A DNA stretch of 64,000 nucleotides from contig JBAXQO010000003.1 of assembly GCA_037131675.1 (NCBI GenBank), positions 2,487 through 66,486 on the forward strand. The letters run 5' to 3'. Of the stretch, positions 38,303-47,573 are shown in pieces. Source of the DNA: a bacterium. Lineage in GTDB: Bacteria > Patescibacteriota > Minisyncoccia > Phycocordibacterales > CAIZIN01. The notes below the pieces were generated by a model, which was not told where the DNA came from, ran no database searches, and saw only the letters and a list, made by a program, of their open reading frames with translations. The position numbers and the translations under genes are program-made. Position 1 is the stretch's first letter; each line of letters begins with the position of its first letter.

Positions 38303-38597
38303 GGTTGTTTATCTCCAATTTTTTTTTCTGGTGGCTATTTTCCCACTTTTTAAATATAAGTCAAGGGGAGAGGATACAGAAGTCTCTCTCCTTACAGGAG
38401 CTGTAGTCAGATATAATTTTCTGATGAAAATTTACGCCTCCTTACAGGAGCTGTCCACTCATTGGATTTTTATTTCACAAGCTCATAAAAATCTCAATGA
38501 GTCTTGCGCTTGGGTCCCACCCCAAGCTCACCCCGCCTCGCGCCGTCGCGCTCCGGCTCGCACCAAAATAAAAACACCCACCCGGGTGTTTTTATTT

Positions 38598-38673
38598 TGG
38601 TGCGCGCACTAGGACTCGAACCTAGGACCACCGAGGTATAAGCTCGGCGCTCTACCAACTGAGCTATGCGCGC
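38598..38673 (-). tRNA. tRNA with anticodon UAU (Ile, AUA-decoding), CCA encoded
   Basis: Reverse complement GCGCGCA-TA-GCTCAGTTGGTAGAGCG-CCGAG-CTTATAC-CTCGG-TGGTC-CTAGGTTCGAGTCCTAG-TGCGCGC-A-CCA; cloverleaf fits; anticodon loop CU-UAU-AC. Confidence 0.8.
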
Positions 38674-38784
38674 ATGTCTTACTTTTCAAAACCTAATTGC
38701 TCGCATAGCCAGTTTTGCTTTACCTACCAAAACAGCTATGTGCGCATTTGTAACTACTATATCAGAAAATCAGCATGAATCAAT

Positions 38785-39660
38785 TTATGGGCGAGGGAAG
38801 ACATCTAGTAGCTCGTTCGATCTATATATGTTGTATGTAAGTCCTCCAAATGAATATTTGATTCCACCAACTTCTATTTCTGCACCTCCTACTTGAGGGT
38901 TTACTTTTGGTTCTGAGTGTCCGAATCCTATATTATAAAGTGTGCCAATTATTTCTTGTTTATCATCTATATTATTCCCAGAATTTTTCCATGCCTGCTC
39001 TATTTCTTTTATATAGAGTGCACCATAAAGATATGTATAGTACCTATTGTGTTCATCTGTTATTCTAGTGAACCTTTCCTGATCTGTGTTTGTTGCTGAT
39101 ATAAAATCTAATTTGTGTTCAAAATCTTTTCCAAGGTAGTAAGGCGATGTTGGATTTACTAAATTATTTTCTATCTGTTTTGCTGTGTCTGGTTTAATTC
39201 CCATTACACCCCAAGAAAATTGAGTCTGTGTGCCAAGTATCTTAAGAGGGAAGAAGGCTTGTTTGTAAACTTCTCGCTCGCTTGTAAAAAGACGAAGTTG
39301 TTCAACTCCTAGAACGGAAACGATGAGTCGAGCCGGTATTCCAGTTTCGTTCTCCACTCGAGATAAAACGTTCTTATCTTTTTTTATAGCTTCAGAAAAA
39401 GTTTTCCATTCCTCCGTTTGTGCCCATAGAGTGTCTATTGTTGTAGCTGTTGATGAGCTAGAGGATGTGTTTTTATAAAAAGCCTCGGTTTGATTGTCTA
39501 TAATTCCACGAGTATTTGTGAAGCCAAATTTAACAGCAAAAAAACCAACTACCAAACCAAAACCTATTATGGCAAATCCATAAACAAAGATATTGAAAAT
39601 TATGCGTGGTATTTTTTGCATGTGTGTGCAAAACATACCACAATAGACTGTATGTGCCAA
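38785..39660 (-). CDS. Hypothetical membrane-anchored protein downstream of recG
   Basis: 291 aa; N-terminal TM helix (the real start is probably the internal MQKIPRII); Ser/Thr-rich linker. Confidence 0.5.
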   Translation of the reverse strand: MAHTVYCGMFCTHMQKIPRIIFNIFVYGFAIIGFGLVVGFFAVKFGFTNTRGIIDNQTEAFYKNTSSSSSTATTIDTLWAQTEEWKTFSEAIKKDKNVLSRVENETGIPARLIVSVLGVEQLRLFTSEREVYKQAFFPLKILGTQTQFSWGVMGIKPDTAKQIENNLVNPTSPYYLGKDFEHKLDFISATNTDQERFTRITDEHNRYYTYLYGALYIKEIEQAWKNSGNNIDDKQEIIGTLYNIGFGHSEPKVNPQVGGAEIEVGGIKYSFGGLTYNIYRSNELLDVFPRP

Positions 39661-39668
39661 GTTTGCGA

Positions 39669-41840
39669 TTATTCAAAATGTATTTCCTTTCGTGAGGCAA
39701 TTTTTTCGCGAAGTATGTGGTAGGAGACTAGCTCTGGATCGATAGATATTATATGTGAAGCCTCATTGCGTGCCGCTTCCACCATCTTTATGTTTTTAAT
39801 TGCCTCCATGCCGATGTCGGAAATGCCCCATTGTTTTTTTCCATAAAGTTCTCCAGCCCCACGTTGAGCGAAATCAAATTCTGCAAGTTCAAAACCATTT
39901 TTTGCAGTTTTCAAAGCCTTCAATCTATCTCTTGTTTTTTCACTATTGCTTTCTGTGAATACATAACAATATGCTTGGTGGTTTCCACGGATAACTCTTC
40001 CGCGGAGCTGGTGTAGTTGGGCGAGGCCAAATCTTTCTCCGCCTTCAATTAGCATCACCGTGGCATTCGGATTGTTTACGCCTACCTCGACTACAGAAGT
40101 TGAAACTAAAATTTGAATTTTATTTTCCATAAAATCTTTCATAACCTCATCCTTTTCTTTTGGATTCATTTTGCTGTGCAGTATTCCAATCATGAATTCA
40201 GGAAATACATACTTATCAAGTCTCTTTGCTTCTGCGATTACAGATTTGGCGATAATCGCCATTTCTTTAGTTGGGTCTGGTTCCTCAATGCGAGGGCATA
40301 GGATATATACCTGTCTTCCAGCTTTTAATTCATCACGAATTTTTTCGTAAGTTTTTTCTCTATCATGCGGCATTACAATTTCTGTGATGATTGGTTTTCT
40401 ACCAGAGGGCATTTGGTCTAGAAGTGATAAATCCAAATCCCCATAGATTGTGAGTGCGAGAGTGCGGGGGATAGGTGTTGCTGTCATAGAAAGCAAATGT
40501 GGTGCAAAGTTGTCTTTTCTTGTGAGTTTTTGTCGTTGTGCTGTCCCAAAACGATGTTGTTCATCTATTATAACTAGCCCTAAGTTTTTGAATTTTACAT
40601 TTTTGGAAATGAGAGCGTGTGTACCAATAACAATAGGAATATCACCAGATGCTACCCATTTCAAAAGTTGGTTTTTGGAAATTGGAGTGGACTCTGTCGG
40701 ACGAACTTTTGAAGGAAATTTTCTACACTCACTTCCTGTTACGAGTCCCACTGAAATTCCCAGATATGTAAAATATTTTATAAAAGATTCAAAGTGTTGT
40801 TTCGCCAGGATTTCTGTTGGTGCCATGTAGGCAGTTTGTAAATGTGCATAGATATTGCTTGTGGGGGATGAAGCCGTGGCTGCATACACTAAAGCAGCCG
40901 CTACAGCCGTTTTTCCACTTCCCACATCTCCTTCAAGCAAGCGCGACATTGGCTTTCCACTTTTCATATCTTTGATTGCGTCCGTGATGGATTTTATCTG
41001 TGCGTCTGTTGCTGTGAAGGGGAATCGGTCTATGAATTTTTGAATATCTTTATCCTCAGTGTGAACAATAAAAGATTTTTTGTTATTTATTGAATGACGG
41101 TCACGCATTTTCTGAAGCTGTATGAAAAATATCTCTTCAAATGCAAAGCGTTTGCGCGCTGCCTGAGCATCACTTTCTTTTTGTGGAGAGTGTATCCATA
41201 TGAGAGACGTCGTCAGCTTTGGCAGATTATATTTCTTTAATATTTCCTCGGGAATAGGATCTTCTATTTTATCTAAAAGACCTGATGAAAATATTTTTTG
41301 TTCTGCGTGATATATCCACTTACTTGTAATGCCCTTTGTCTCTGGATATACAGGAAACCCAAATTTTTCTAAATTATCCGCAGTTTCTCCCCACAATGAA
41401 TCACCAACACCAATAGGTAATTCTTTGATGGTTTCATATTCAGGGTTTGTAAGATATAAAGTTCCTTTCCTTTCAGATACAACCCCGGAGAGTTTGACCA
41501 ATGCACCGTCAAGAAGCATCTTGGCTACATATGGTTGTCGAAACCACACCGCTTTTATTTTGTTGTTGTTTATGTCCGTAACTTCACCCTCCGCCATGGC
41601 AATATTTGTTTTAAAACTTTTACTAGTCTTGAGTTTTCCAATTTTTCCATACACAGTAACAAATTCCCCTTTTTCAAAAGAGGATATATTTTTTATTTCG
41701 GCAATGTTTCCGTATTTTGAAGGGAAGTAATATAGGAGGTCTAAAATAGTATGAAGACCTAGATTTTTTAGGGCCTTTTTTTGCGTATCAACAAGTCGGA
41801 AAGCGTCTTCTATTTTTGTTTCCGATGAAAATTCTTTCAT
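39669..41840 (-). CDS. recG: ATP-dependent DNA helicase RecG
   Basis: 723 aa; wedge/OB N-terminal domain; helicase motifs GDVGSGKTAVA and DEQHRFG. Confidence 0.9.
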   Translation of the reverse strand: MKEFSSETKIEDAFRLVDTQKKALKNLGLHTILDLLYYFPSKYGNIAEIKNISSFEKGEFVTVYGKIGKLKTSKSFKTNIAMAEGEVTDINNNKIKAVWFRQPYVAKMLLDGALVKLSGVVSERKGTLYLTNPEYETIKELPIGVGDSLWGETADNLEKFGFPVYPETKGITSKWIYHAEQKIFSSGLLDKIEDPIPEEILKKYNLPKLTTSLIWIHSPQKESDAQAARKRFAFEEIFFIQLQKMRDRHSINNKKSFIVHTEDKDIQKFIDRFPFTATDAQIKSITDAIKDMKSGKPMSRLLEGDVGSGKTAVAAALVYAATASSPTSNIYAHLQTAYMAPTEILAKQHFESFIKYFTYLGISVGLVTGSECRKFPSKVRPTESTPISKNQLLKWVASGDIPIVIGTHALISKNVKFKNLGLVIIDEQHRFGTAQRQKLTRKDNFAPHLLSMTATPIPRTLALTIYGDLDLSLLDQMPSGRKPIITEIVMPHDREKTYEKIRDELKAGRQVYILCPRIEEPDPTKEMAIIAKSVIAEAKRLDKYVFPEFMIGILHSKMNPKEKDEVMKDFMENKIQILVSTSVVEVGVNNPNATVMLIEGGERFGLAQLHQLRGRVIRGNHQAYCYVFTESNSEKTRDRLKALKTAKNGFELAEFDFAQRGAGELYGKKQWGISDIGMEAIKNIKMVEAARNEASHIISIDPELVSYHILREKIASRKEIHFE

Positions 41841-41849
41841 TTACCTATA

Positions 41850-42212
41850 TTAGATTGTCTTACTTTTGACTGCAAGCGCCAATGCTGAAAGTATAATAAC
41901 TATGTCTTTGTAGAAAATATCAAATGATGGAGTGCCCCAGCGAGCATTCGAGAAAACTATAAGCCCCAGGTAAACTGCTGCGATCATGGGTGGAACAAAA
42001 GGTTTTCTTTCAAAAATTATAAATGCTGCAACTATCATCCAAAGAGCAGAAAGGATCCAAACAAGTGCATTGTGAGAAATAAATTGAGATAAAAAATTTG
42101 GTATGTAAACTGCAAAATATTTTGGACGCAAGTAAGTTCCCCAGGCCATATAAAGAAGTGGGAAGGCGACTGCAAGTTTTAAAAGTAAATAAGAAAGTTT
42201 TTCTTTGCTCAT
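41850..42212 (-). CDS. Small hypothetical membrane protein
   Basis: 120 aa; 4 TM helices. Confidence 0.45.
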   Translation of the reverse strand: MSKEKLSYLLLKLAVAFPLLYMAWGTYLRPKYFAVYIPNFLSQFISHNALVWILSALWMIVAAFIIFERKPFVPPMIAAVYLGLIVFSNARWGTPSFDIFYKDIVIILSALALAVKSKTI

Positions 42213-42248
42213 GTCCTATATTATTACACATGATAGAATTTTTTGCTG

Positions 42249-42335
42249 CGGAGACGGAGGGATTCGAACCCTCGAGGCCGATTAAAGCCTGGCCCCTTAG
42301 CAAGGGGCTACGTTAGACCACTCTGACACGTCTCC
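42249..42335 (-). tRNA. tRNA-Ser (GCU) with long variable arm
   Basis: Reverse complement GGAGACG-TG-TCAGAGTGGTCTAACG-TAGCCCC-TTGCTAA-GGGGC-long arm-GAGGGTTCGAATCCCTC-CGTCTCC-G; anticodon GCU; discriminator G. Confidence 0.85.
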
Positions 42336-42428
42336 AAATACGTTGCAAATGTATCATAAATTTGAAAAAAATAAAATCGTCTATTTCATTATATAGAAAG
42401 CGTGTAAATTTATGCTACAATATTTTTT

Positions 42429-43235
42429 ATGTCACGACTAGAAAACAAAATCGCCCTTGTTACGGGTGCTGCTGGTGGTATTGGTAAAAGTATTGCCAAA
42501 AGATTTTTACAAGAAGGTGCCACTGTTATTATTTCCGACCTCAATGATGAAAAATCGGAAGAGGTGGCAAAAGAGCTTGGAGAAAAAGCTTTCCATATTC
42601 ACTTGGATGTTTCAAAAGAAGAAGAGTGGGTGAGTGTGATGAAATTTATTAAAGAAAAATTTGGAAGGTTGGATATTCTTGTAAACAATGCAGGTATTAT
42701 CGGTTTTGAGCGAGACTGGGGGCCACAGGATCCAGAAAACACATCACTTGAAAGTTGGAAATTTATACACTCTGTAAACAGTGATAGTGTTTTCTTGGGA
42801 TGTAAACATGCTATCAAACTTATGAAAGAAACTGGCGGAGGGAATATTGTGAACATGTCGTCTCGTTCCGGCATTGTGGGTGTACCTGATACAGCTGCAT
42901 ATGCTTCAAGTAAAGCTTCTGTTCGCAACCATACAAAAAGTGTTGCGCTCTACTGTGCAAAAAATAAATATAACATTCGATGTAATTCACTTCATCCAGC
43001 TTCAATAATGACACATATGTGGGAGATGATGCTGGGAGACGGAGAAAAAAGAGAAGAGAATTTAAAGAAAAAATGCGAGGCAATACCGATGGGTTGTATG
43101 GGGACGCCAGAAGATGTTGCAAATGGTGCTTTGTTTCTGGTGTCTGATGAGGCAAGGTTTATAACGGGTACGGAGCTTGTGATAGATGGAGGGACTTTGG
43201 CTGGTACACTCTCTTCACCGCATAAGGTAGAATAA
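42429..43235 (+). CDS. Short-chain dehydrogenase/reductase (FabG-like)
   Basis: TGAAGGIGKSIA Rossmann motif, NNAG, YASSKAS catalytic motif. Confidence 0.85.
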   Translation: MSRLENKIALVTGAAGGIGKSIAKRFLQEGATVIISDLNDEKSEEVAKELGEKAFHIHLDVSKEEEWVSVMKFIKEKFGRLDILVNNAGIIGFERDWGPQDPENTSLESWKFIHSVNSDSVFLGCKHAIKLMKETGGGNIVNMSSRSGIVGVPDTAAYASSKASVRNHTKSVALYCAKNKYNIRCNSLHPASIMTHMWEMMLGDGEKREENLKKKCEAIPMGCMGTPEDVANGALFLVSDEARFITGTELVIDGGTLAGTLSSPHKVE

Positions 43236-43239
43236 GGTT

Positions 43240-44031
43240 ATGAATATTATAGAGGTTAAAAATTTAGTGAAAAAGTTTGGTGATTTTACTGCTGTAGATG
43301 ATGTTTCTTTCGATGTTGGAAAAGGAGAGATTTTTGCATTTCTCGGCCCGAATGGAGCTGGAAAATCAACAACGATCAAAATGCTTACCACGCTTCTGTC
43401 ACCGACAAGTGGGGAAATAAAAATGAATGGGTATGATCCGGAGAAAAATTCTCATGAAGCGCGACGTTCATTCGGAATTGTTTTCCAAGACCCTAGTCTC
43501 GATGATGAACTCACTGCTTATGAAAATATGGAATTTCATGGGGTATTGTACGATGTGCCAAAAAAAGTCCGTCGAGAAAGAATTCAAGAACTTCTCGAAT
43601 TTGTAGAATTGTGGGACAGAAAAAATAGTTTAGTAAAAGAATTTTCTGGTGGTATGAAGCGTAGACTTGAGATAGCTCGAGGGCTTTTACATCATCCGAA
43701 AATTCTTTTTTTAGATGAGCCAACGATTGGGCTTGACCCACAGACACGAAATCATATGTGGAATTATTTGCTTGAGCTCAATAAAAAAGAGGGGATTACT
43801 GTTTTCTTTACTACACATTATATGGAGGAGGCAGAAAAGGTGGCACAGAGAATTGCAGTGATTGATCATGGAAAAATAATTGAGACTGGGACAACTGAAG
43901 AACTTCTGTCACGCACGAACACAACTTCACTTGAAGAAGCATTTCTTTCACTTACTGGAAAAGTAATTCGTGAAGAAGAAGCTGGTTCTATTGATAGGCT
44001 TCGTACTGCTCGTAAAATGTGGCGACGATAA
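43240..44031 (+). CDS. ABC transporter ATP-binding protein
   Basis: Walker A GPNGAGKST; signature FSGGMKRRL; Walker B ILFLDEPT. Confidence 0.9.
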   Translation: MNIIEVKNLVKKFGDFTAVDDVSFDVGKGEIFAFLGPNGAGKSTTIKMLTTLLSPTSGEIKMNGYDPEKNSHEARRSFGIVFQDPSLDDELTAYENMEFHGVLYDVPKKVRRERIQELLEFVELWDRKNSLVKEFSGGMKRRLEIARGLLHHPKILFLDEPTIGLDPQTRNHMWNYLLELNKKEGITVFFTTHYMEEAEKVAQRIAVIDHGKIIETGTTEELLSRTNTTSLEEAFLSLTGKVIREEEAGSIDRLRTARKMWRR

Positions 44032-44789
44032 TACAAAATACTATGAAAACGATTTATATTTTATGGCTTAGACAAATTAAAAGGTATGTGAGATCTAAAT
44101 CAAGAATGATTGGTTCACTTGCTCAGCCTGTTTTGTTTTTACTTTCTCTCGGGTATGGATTTGGTTCAGTATTTCAAAAGGCTGGGCAGGGAAATTATAT
44201 TGAATTTTTGGCTCCGGGTATTATTGGTATGGGAATCATTTTTTCTGCTGTATTTTCAGGCATTGAAATTATTTGGGATAAGCAATTTGGTTTTTTGAAA
44301 GAAACATTGGTAGCACCGGTGTCGCGGTTTTCTATTATGCTTGGGCGAACGATTGGAGGTGCAACAGTTGCAACATTTCAAGGAGCTCTTGTTCTCTTAG
44401 TTTCTCTTCTTGCTGGCTTTCACCCTACAAACTGGTTTTTCATTCTTCCACTTTTGGTTGCGATGTTTTTGGTAGCTCTCGTTTTTTCTGCTCTTGGTAC
44501 TATGATCGGCTCGCTTTTGAATGACATGCAAGGTTTTCAGCTAATTGTGAATTTTTTGATTATGCCCTTATTTTTCCTTTCGGGTGCGCTTTTTCCACTT
44601 ACAAATTTGCCAGCTATTATGAATGTAGTGGTGCGTCTCGACCCGCTTTCGTATGGGGTTGATGCATTCAGAGGGCTTCTCATTGGTGTCACACATTTCG
44701 GCTTGGCTATGGATATGTCTGTACTTCTTGGGTTTGCACTTGTTTTTGTAACGTTGGGAAGTTACTCGTTTTCGAAGGTTCAGATTTAA
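44019..44789 (+). CDS. ABC-2 type transporter permease
   Basis: 256 aa; 6 TM helices; overlaps the ATPase gene. Confidence 0.8.
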   Translation: MATIIQNTMKTIYILWLRQIKRYVRSKSRMIGSLAQPVLFLLSLGYGFGSVFQKAGQGNYIEFLAPGIIGMGIIFSAVFSGIEIIWDKQFGFLKETLVAPVSRFSIMLGRTIGGATVATFQGALVLLVSLLAGFHPTNWFFILPLLVAMFLVALVFSALGTMIGSLLNDMQGFQLIVNFLIMPLFFLSGALFPLTNLPAIMNVVVRLDPLSYGVDAFRGLLIGVTHFGLAMDMSVLLGFALVFVTLGSYSFSKVQI

Positions 44790-44816
44790 TTTATTTTTTT
44801 TGATATACTTTGGCTT

Positions 44817-45050
44817 ATGGAACAACAACCAGAATTCGGTTTTGCAAAAGAATTAGAGTTGAAGCCCTCAAAGTCACCCGAAGAGGTGAAAGAGGAATCT
44901 AAAAATGTTATCGAAGAAACAGGTGACTTACCTTTAGATGATTCTCATCAGAAGACTGCTGAAATAAAACATTATCCCGCACCATGTCAGTATTGTGAAG
45001 ATTCTGATCCAAATTGTAGATATTGTCAGGGAAGGAATTATTCTGAATAA
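44817..45050 (+). CDS. Small acidic protein with a C-terminal CxxC...CxxC motif
   Basis: 77 aa; acidic N-terminal half then PCQYCEDSDPNCRYCQG. Confidence 0.4.
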   Translation: MEQQPEFGFAKELELKPSKSPEEVKEESKNVIEETGDLPLDDSHQKTAEIKHYPAPCQYCEDSDPNCRYCQGRNYSE

Positions 45051-45052
45051 TT

Positions 45053-45937
45053 ATGGCTGATAAGTACTCTGCAGTGTGGGTATCCCATTCTTCGATGGGG
45101 GATTTTATAAAATGTCCTCGTCTTTACTATTTGCATAATGTATATAAAAATCCAAAAACAGGGAAGAAAATAAATCTCGTATCACCTGCGCTCTCACTCG
45201 GTTCTGCTGTGCATGAAGTGGTGGAAGGCTTGGCAGAATTTCCTGCAGAAAAAAGATTTGAAAACCCATCTGAGCTCCTAGAAAGATTTGAAAAAACATG
45301 GGAGAAATTTTCTGGAAAGAAAGGAGGTTTCAGAAGCGAGGAAGAAGAGCTCGAATACAAGGCGCGTGGGAAAGCTATGATTGAGAGAGTAATACAAAAT
45401 CCTGGTCCGCTCAAAGAGAAAATTATAAAACTCAAAGAAGGTTCAAATGGAATGCTTCCAAATTTTTATCTTTCAGAAAAAGAAAATATTATTTTGTGTG
45501 GACGAATCGACTGGCTCGAATACAAACCCGAAGACGACAGTGTTCATATTCTCGATTTCAAAACAAGTCGGCAGAAAGAAAATGGCGATCATGAAGAAAA
45601 TGAAGAGTCTCTCCAATTACCAATTTACCAGCTACTTCTCAAACATTTGCAAAAGCGAAAAGTTTCTGGTGCTTCCTATTGGTATTTGGATGTGGATGAC
45701 AGACCTAAAGAGAAAACATTGCCGAGTGTAGAGGATTCATATGAGAAGGTGTATAAAGTTGCAAAGGCTATATCTGATGCTCGTGCACTCGCACAAAAAG
45801 AAGGTCCTGAAAAAGTGTTTGTGTGTCCACGCGGTGAAGCTGGATGTTTCGGTTGTGCTCCTTTTGAAAAAATTATTCGTGGCGAAGCGGAATTTTTAGG
45901 AGTGGGTGAGTGGGGGCAGGAGATGTATTTGGTTTAG
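45053..45937 (+). CDS. PD-(D/E)XK nuclease with a Cas4/RecB-like four-cysteine cluster
   Basis: GRIDWLEY...ILDFKTSRQ (D...D-x-K); N-terminal CPRLYY plus C-terminal CPRGEAGCFGCAPF cysteines, as in Cas4/AddB-type Fe-S nucleases. Confidence 0.5.
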   Translation: MADKYSAVWVSHSSMGDFIKCPRLYYLHNVYKNPKTGKKINLVSPALSLGSAVHEVVEGLAEFPAEKRFENPSELLERFEKTWEKFSGKKGGFRSEEEELEYKARGKAMIERVIQNPGPLKEKIIKLKEGSNGMLPNFYLSEKENIILCGRIDWLEYKPEDDSVHILDFKTSRQKENGDHEENEESLQLPIYQLLLKHLQKRKVSGASYWYLDVDDRPKEKTLPSVEDSYEKVYKVAKAISDARALAQKEGPEKVFVCPRGEAGCFGCAPFEKIIRGEAEFLGVGEWGQEMYLV

Positions 45938-46437
45938 GGTTTGTGGGTATAAGATACTTGAAATTTGTTGTGTATATAGACTATTTAAAAAAAAGAAGAG
46001 GTTTTACGTTAATTGAACTTTTGGTTGTTATTTCTATAATAAGTTTTTTATCTTCTATAGTGTTGGCAAGTCTAAATACAGCTCGTGGTAAAGCTCGGTT
46101 TTCTCTAGCTTTAGAACAGATGAATAGTATTGAAAAGGCAGCATCTCTTGATTACAGTGATAATAATACTTACGCCCCAGATGTTCTAACAAATACAGCT
46201 CCATCATTTGTTCCTAAATATTTGCCAGTTTGGCCAACCCCTCCATGTCCTAATTGGGCTTATGATTGGGAAAATTGGCCAGGGTTGGGTATAGCAAGGG
46301 TTAGTTTACGAAAGGGAAACTCTAATGGGAGTCCGACGCTTTATTATTACTGCATTATCTCTACAGGAGATTGTTCTTGGTCGGATGGTTCGGATATAAA
46401 AAATGTAACCAATAAAATACTTACCTGTAATGAATAG
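45910..46437 (+). CDS. Type IV pilin/pseudopilin-like protein (start uncertain; probably a TTG or GTG near 45958-45970)
   Basis: Prepilin signature KKRRG-FTLIELLVVISIISFLSSIVLASLNTARGKAR. Confidence 0.65.
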   Translation: MGAGDVFGLGFVGIRYLKFVVYIDYLKKRRGFTLIELLVVISIISFLSSIVLASLNTARGKARFSLALEQMNSIEKAASLDYSDNNTYAPDVLTNTAPSFVPKYLPVWPTPPCPNWAYDWENWPGLGIARVSLRKGNSNGSPTLYYYCIISTGDCSWSDGSDIKNVTNKILTCNE

Positions 46438-46485
46438 CTTTTCGAAAGGTGGGTCTTCTTCAAGTATTGTCTTCGATATTATTAT

Positions 46486-47157
46486 CTACCTCCAATCTAT
46501 CTCCGTTTTTTCGTGTTCTTGTAAGTATTTATTTGTCTTACTAAAATGTTTGCATCCGAAAAATCCATTTGCGGCTGAGAAGGGTGATGGGTGTGCCGAC
46601 TCGAGCACGAGATGTTTTGAGCGGTCTATAACCATACCTTTTTTCTTTGCGTAATTTCCCCAGAGCATGAAAACTAAATTTTCTCGTTGGTCTGAGAGTG
46701 CTTTGATTGCTGCGTCGGTGAATTCTTCCCAGCCTTTATTTTGATGTGAGCCGGGCGAGCTCGCGCGTACCGTGAGTGTTGCATTCAAAAGCAAAACTCC
46801 TTGCTTGGCCCAGCGCGAAAGGTCTCCGTTTTGTACCGGCTCAATTCCTAGGTCGCTTTTGATTTCCTTAAAAATATTTTGAAGTGACGGAGGGATTTGT
46901 ATACCCTCGTGCACTGCGAAAGAAAGTCCATTGGCTTGGTGCGCTCCGTGGTATGGGTCTTGGCCGATAATGACCACTTTCACTTTGTTAAACGGACACA
47001 TATCAAAAGCTCTAAAAATATCTTTTGGTTGTGGAAAAACTTTATGTTTTTTGTATTCATCTTTCACGAAATCCGAAAGCTCTTTGAAATATGTTTTTCC
47101 AAACTCATTTTCAAGAGCCTTTTTCCAGGATTCTTCAATACGGATGGTTTGTGACAT
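46486..47157 (-). CDS. ung: Uracil-DNA glycosylase (family 1)
   Basis: GQDPYH and HPSPFSA motifs. Confidence 0.9.
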   Translation of the reverse strand: MSQTIRIEESWKKALENEFGKTYFKELSDFVKDEYKKHKVFPQPKDIFRAFDMCPFNKVKVVIIGQDPYHGAHQANGLSFAVHEGIQIPPSLQNIFKEIKSDLGIEPVQNGDLSRWAKQGVLLLNATLTVRASSPGSHQNKGWEEFTDAAIKALSDQRENLVFMLWGNYAKKKGMVIDRSKHLVLESAHPSPFSAANGFFGCKHFSKTNKYLQEHEKTEIDWR

Positions 47158-47209
47158 CGTATGTATTCTAACCTACATCATTGAAACAAAACAAGAAAAA
47201 ACACCAGTT

Positions 47210-47536
47210 TTATTTCCTGGTGTTTGGTGCGATTTTGTGTTGTGTGGGTGAGATCATTTCAACAGCATCATTAATCGTCATCCCTTCGTGCCATCCGATT
47301 TCACTTACTTCTTTCTGTTTTATCATCTTTCTTACGTCTCGCCTTGAAACGAGAGAGTTGAAAGCTTTGTGTGAAATGAGTGTGGATGGATAAATTTTTT
47401 CCGGATTAACCCCTTCTTTCTTGGCAACCTTGTGTTTTGCAAGGACTAGAAGATCTGTTTTGGTTCTGGCGTAAATTTTCAAAATTTCTCCTTTGTACTT
47501 TTGTTCGAATAATAACCCTGATTTTCCATCTGTCAA
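47210..47536 (-). CDS. Hypothetical small basic protein (possibly an S4-like RNA-binding fold)
   Basis: 108 aa; co-oriented with and upstream of ung. Confidence 0.3.
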   Translation of the reverse strand: MTDGKSGLLFEQKYKGEILKIYARTKTDLLVLAKHKVAKKEGVNPEKIYPSTLISHKAFNSLVSRRDVRKMIKQKEVSEIGWHEGMTINDAVEMISPTQHKIAPNTRK

Positions 47537-47573
47537 TGGTTACAGCTGACTGTTGGCAAAGTAGTATTAGGCC

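Noticed and set aside
38121-38612. Plus-strand 163-aa ORF
   Set aside because: It overlaps the tRNA-Ile gene, its terminator and the GC-rich tract on the opposite strand. It has no RBS or coding-like composition, so I judge it spurious.
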